64,000 nt of DNA. Origin: a virus (lineage: Duplodnaviria > Caudoviricetes). Below are positions 61,137-64,000 of the stretch, in pieces. Where the stretch lies: the IMG/VR virus record IMGVR_UViG_3300033066_000592, positions 10,265-74,264 of that record; one strand, given 5' to 3'. Position 1 is the stretch's first letter; each line of letters starts with the position of its first letter. The notes beneath the pieces were generated by a model. It worked only from the letters and a program-made list of their open reading frames with translations. It ran no database searches and was not told the DNA's origin. The position numbers and the translations under genes are program-made.

Positions 61137-61673
61137 GTGTCGAAGACGTACAGTGAGCGCGCCAGCGAGGCGCGTGACAGGTACATCACGGAGCAGGGCG
61201 CGCGTCTTGTCTACAAGCTGTACATCAGCCTGCTCCGGGTTCGCGTTCACATGGGGGCCAAAATCAAGCTGCAACCGTACGATGAGCTGACGTACACGCA
61301 GCAACGGCACTTCAAGCGAGCGGCAACAGACGCACGCGCAGTAGAGGCAGAGCCTCGCTTGTACGTCGCCGCACAGTTCGCAGCTTTCGACAAGTTCGGT
61401 GGCGGTCGCAAGCGTCTGTTGCCACAGCCTAGCCAGATGTTCGGCATCGCAGCGCAGACGCGGTACCTTGAGACGATCAGTACGAAAGAGGCTGCTCACG
61501 AGCGTCTAAAGGCGAGCCGCAAGAGTCAGCATCGCGCGTTCTTTCGAGAGGAGCGCAAGCTCAAAGCGTGGTGCAAGAGTAAGAATATGACGCAGCAGGA
61601 AGTGCTGCTTACGTGCTCCGAAGAGTTCACGCCAGAGTTCTTGGAGCACAAAGGGGTGTCCGAATGTCTATGA
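61137..61673 (+). CDS. hypothetical protein
   Basis: GTG start; basic helical 178 aa within the replication operon. Confidence 0.65.
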   Translation: MSKTYSERASEARDRYITEQGARLVYKLYISLLRVRVHMGAKIKLQPYDELTYTQQRHFKRAATDARAVEAEPRLYVAAQFAAFDKFGGGRKRLLPQPSQMFGIAAQTRYLETISTKEAAHERLKASRKSQHRAFFREERKLKAWCKSKNMTQQEVLLTCSEEFTPEFLEHKGVSECL

Positions 61674-61816
61674 GCACAGTACCGCGTTTGTCGTTGGTGT
61701 CTGTGTCCGGTGTATCCTGGCAGTGGTATGCATGGACGTGGCCTCAGAAACGCTCAGTAGAGCATGCGCCAACTACGGAGAGTGCGATAAAGCGGCGTTT
61801 TGAGGTGGCCGGATGA
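61664..61816 (+). CDS. small hypothetical protein
   Basis: RBS-like AAGGGG before ATG 61664 (MSMSTVPR...); stop overlaps the next ATG. Confidence 0.4.
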   Translation: MSMSTVPRLSLVSVSGVSWQWYAWTWPQKRSVEHAPTTESAIKRRFEVAG

Positions 61817-61998
61817 AGCCGCCCATGGAAGTCGTGCCAAGTTCTGCGGTGCCAGCAGGTACCGCGTATCTTGTGGTGAAAAACGCGAAAGGTGACGTCG
61901 TTTTTACAGCCAAATTGACAAACTTCACCATTAAGACGCCGCGTATGTGCGCTGATAGTCCTGCCACAAAGCTCAACGTGGGAGACCTGACACCATGA
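61813..61998 (+). CDS. small hypothetical protein
   Basis: ATGA overlaps at both ends. Confidence 0.45.
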   Translation: MKPPMEVVPSSAVPAGTAYLVVKNAKGDVVFTAKLTNFTIKTPRMCADSPATKLNVGDLTP

Positions 61999-62588
61999 AC
62001 CGCGCAATCGCACAGCAGAGTCCTGATGGCAAGAAGCTGCACCGTGAAGACTGGTGCACGCCAGGCCCAATCATCCGTGGCTTCTACCATGCGTTTCGCG
62101 TGTACCAGATGGGCCTTGATCCTTGCTGGAATCCCAGCAGCCCCGTCATGGCTCGCACGAAGTGGCGCAAGAAAGCGCTCCAGCGGTCCTGGCGCGGTTA
62201 CGGTCCGGTGTTCGGAAACTTCCCCTACACACGTGGCAAGAACGGTCTGACGATCTGGATGCGCCATGCCTACGAGAACTTCAAGAATCTGCGTGAAGAC
62301 GACGAAGATGGTCTCGGCTTGCTGTTGCCAAGCAGCACTGACACCGAATGGTTTCACGACTACCTACTCAAGCTGCCTGATGTGACAGTCTGCTTTCTGC
62401 GCGGTCGCGTGCGGCACGTACATCCAGACACTGGCCGTCTCGGAGGCCTTGCGTCGTTCCCTTCGCTTGTTGCGCACTGTGGCCGTGGCGCTGACCGCTT
62501 TCGGTCCTGGTTCTGCAAGCGCGGTGCCTTGTGGATGCCGACAGAGCAGCTCGTCAAGTTTCCGCGTCGCCTCATCGTGTCGCCATGA
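61995..62588 (+). CDS. phage DNA N6-adenine methyltransferase (Dam-type family)
   Basis: EDWCTP, LDPC, SW...VFGNFPY (usually NPPY), LLLPSSTDTEWFHDY and FLRGRV motifs. Confidence 0.8.
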   Translation: MNRAIAQQSPDGKKLHREDWCTPGPIIRGFYHAFRVYQMGLDPCWNPSSPVMARTKWRKKALQRSWRGYGPVFGNFPYTRGKNGLTIWMRHAYENFKNLREDDEDGLGLLLPSSTDTEWFHDYLLKLPDVTVCFLRGRVRHVHPDTGRLGGLASFPSLVAHCGRGADRFRSWFCKRGALWMPTEQLVKFPRRLIVSP

Positions 62589-62824
62589 GCCGCGCCCTCG
62601 TAACGTTCACAAAAGATCGCCTGCACTTTCGACTTACGGTGCAGTACAACGCGAAGCTGGTCGCGCGTGTCCAAGAGGTCGCTTGGACCATAGAGATCCT
62701 GACAGCGCAGGGCACGTGGCGCGCTGCAACGGATCTAGATGTGCGCGCGTACGGCTCGCACGAAGCCGAAGCGTTCTCTGTGTTCGTGCAGCCGCGACCA
62801 GCTAACGTACAGGTGCTGGCATGA
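62585..62824 (+). CDS. hypothetical protein
   Basis: ATGA overlap; starts MSRALVTF. Confidence 0.55.
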   Translation: MSRALVTFTKDRLHFRLTVQYNAKLVARVQEVAWTIEILTAQGTWRAATDLDVRAYGSHEAEAFSVFVQPRPANVQVLA

Positions 62825-63000
62825 CACAGAGCACCGCCGGTTATGGTCGTACTCATGTTCGCACGATTTCTGACCGCGACGCAGCTCGCGCACTAGAGTC
62901 GCCGCAGCTAGTGCCCGTCGATCAAACGCCCGCTGTTGTGGTGGAAACAAGGCCAGTGCCAACGGCGATACCTCCTAGCGGACAGAGGACATCACGGTGA
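62821..63000 (+). CDS. 59-aa hypothetical protein (absent from the ORF track)
   Basis: ATGA overlap with the upstream stop and GTGA overlap with the helicase start; MTQSTAGYGR...QRTSR. Confidence 0.45.
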   Translation: MTQSTAGYGRTHVRTISDRDAARALESPQLVPVDQTPAVVVETRPVPTAIPPSGQRTSR

Positions 63001-64000
63001 TCAAGCGCAAGGGCAAACGCGCGAAGGGCTTGTTCGGCGGAACGCTGCCACCGAAGCGGCCGAAGTTCACGTACGACAGGAGCTTCCAGCTCCGGCTCGT
63101 ACGGCTCCTCTGGCAAGACCACAAGCTTGCCGCGGCTGTCGCTTCGTACTTGTCGCCAAAGCACTTCACGCTTGCGTCGTATGCGTACCTCGCCGAGGTC
63201 ATCCTTGAGTACGCCGCAGCGAACAATCACAGCATTCCGAAAGACACGCTGAAAGTCCGAGCAACGCACGCGCTGAAAGCTGGCCGTCTGCGCCAAGAGG
63301 TCTATGACCGCGTGCTGACCGTGCGCAAGACGATTGATCGGCCGGTGCCTGACCGCACGTTCATGCGGCAAGAAGTCGCGCGCTTCGTAGCGCATCAGAG
63401 TGCTCGCGAGATGATTCTTGGCTCGCTTGAACACCTGCACGATCCAAAGAAGATCGCCAAGCTCGTCAACAAGTTCCTCGCAGCTGAAGCAGCCGTCACG
63501 CGCGGTGGCACCGGCATCAGCTTGACGAAAGACATCGAGCGGCGCAGCGAGCGGCGCAAGAACTACGTCAAGAACGGTGTGCCGACTGGTCTGCGCGTTG
63601 ACGATCACATGAAGCCAGGCGGCGCTCCGCCAGGCTCTCTGTGCTGCGTCATGGCTGCGCCAGGCGCAGGCAAGTCGCAGACGCTCGTACACATCGCGCG
63701 CTCTGCGATTCTTGAGAGCGAGCGGCAAGAGCGAGTGCTCTACATCTCACTTGAGCTGAGCGAAGACTACATTGCTGACCGCTTTGACGCCGCGTTCTCA
63801 GGCGTGCAAGTCAGTGCGCTTGAAGACAAAGCCAAGACGGTTCGGCGTGCGATGGCAGAGCTGGAGCGAGAGCATCCAGACTGCCTGCGCATCAAAGAGT
63901 TCATCGACGAACCTGTAGGCGTTTCGCAGATCGAAGCGCACATCAGGCAGCTTGAGCGTGAAGGCTGGTATCCGACGCTCGTGATCGTCGATTACGCCGA
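62997..64000 (+). CDS. DnaB-like replicative helicase (3'-truncated; absent from the ORF track)
   Basis: Hand translation from GTG 62997 gives GVPTGLRVDD, VMAAPGAGKS (Walker A), VLYISLELS and LVIVDYA (Walker B) at the window edge. Confidence 0.9.
   Translation, partial: MIKRKGKRAKGLFGGTLPPKRPKFTYDRSFQLRLVRLLWQDHKLAAAVASYLSPKHFTLASYAYLAEVILEYAAANNHSIPKDTLKVRATHALKAGRLRQEVYDRVLTVRKTIDRPVPDRTFMRQEVARFVAHQSAREMILGSLEHLHDPKKIAKLVNKFLAAEAAVTRGGTGISLTKDIERRSERRKNYVKNGVPTGLRVDDHMKPGGAPPGSLCCVMAAPGAGKSQTLVHIARSAILESERQERVLYISLELSEDYIADRFDAAFSGVQVSALEDKAKTVRRAMAELEREHPDCLRIKEFIDEPVGVSQIEAHIRQLEREGWYPTLVIVDYA

Noticed and set aside
1-64000. Stop-codon reassignment or a diversity-generating retroelement
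   Set aside because: Genes are full-length under the standard code with TAA, TAG and TGA all used as stops. No reverse transcriptase or adenine-mismatched template/variable repeat pair was seen.

Overview
This window is part of a large lytic-type contractile-tailed dsDNA phage genome (roughly 60% GC by eye, almost all genes on the + strand). Order of modules: accessory and nucleoid genes (1-13 kb: YkgJ-like protein, HU with an H1-like tail, pyrimidine-dimer glycosylase, Cys-rich lipoproteins, a small minus-strand operon with a 5'-3' exonuclease, thymidylate kinase, a DUF4417-like/ParB pair); a SPO1/Twort-type head module (portal 14409, prohead protease 30958, scaffold 32175, major capsid 33205); neck, sheath, tube, chaperones, tape measure, baseplate and tailspike (35-58.5 kb); then the start of replication genes (SF2 helicase, Dam-type methylase, DnaB-like helicase truncated by the window edge). 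No terminase, tRNA, CRISPR array or integrase was seen. The most striking feature is about 14.7 kb between portal and protease, encoding large multidomain enzymes: 2H phosphoesterase plus sigma-70-like domain, type IB topoisomerase, ADP-ribosyltransferase-like domain, SNF2 ATPase, MuF-like protein and a PI3K/HipA-like kinase. Four of these share a ~60-aa helical module that I do not recognise. Most also carry a hydrophobic-x-K-[S/A/G] motif that recurs in the portal, scaffold, protease and capsid. I infer a modular, tag-based system that loads enzymes into the capsid and releases them by protease cleavage for delivery at infection. All family assignments come from motif recognition by eye; no database search was run.
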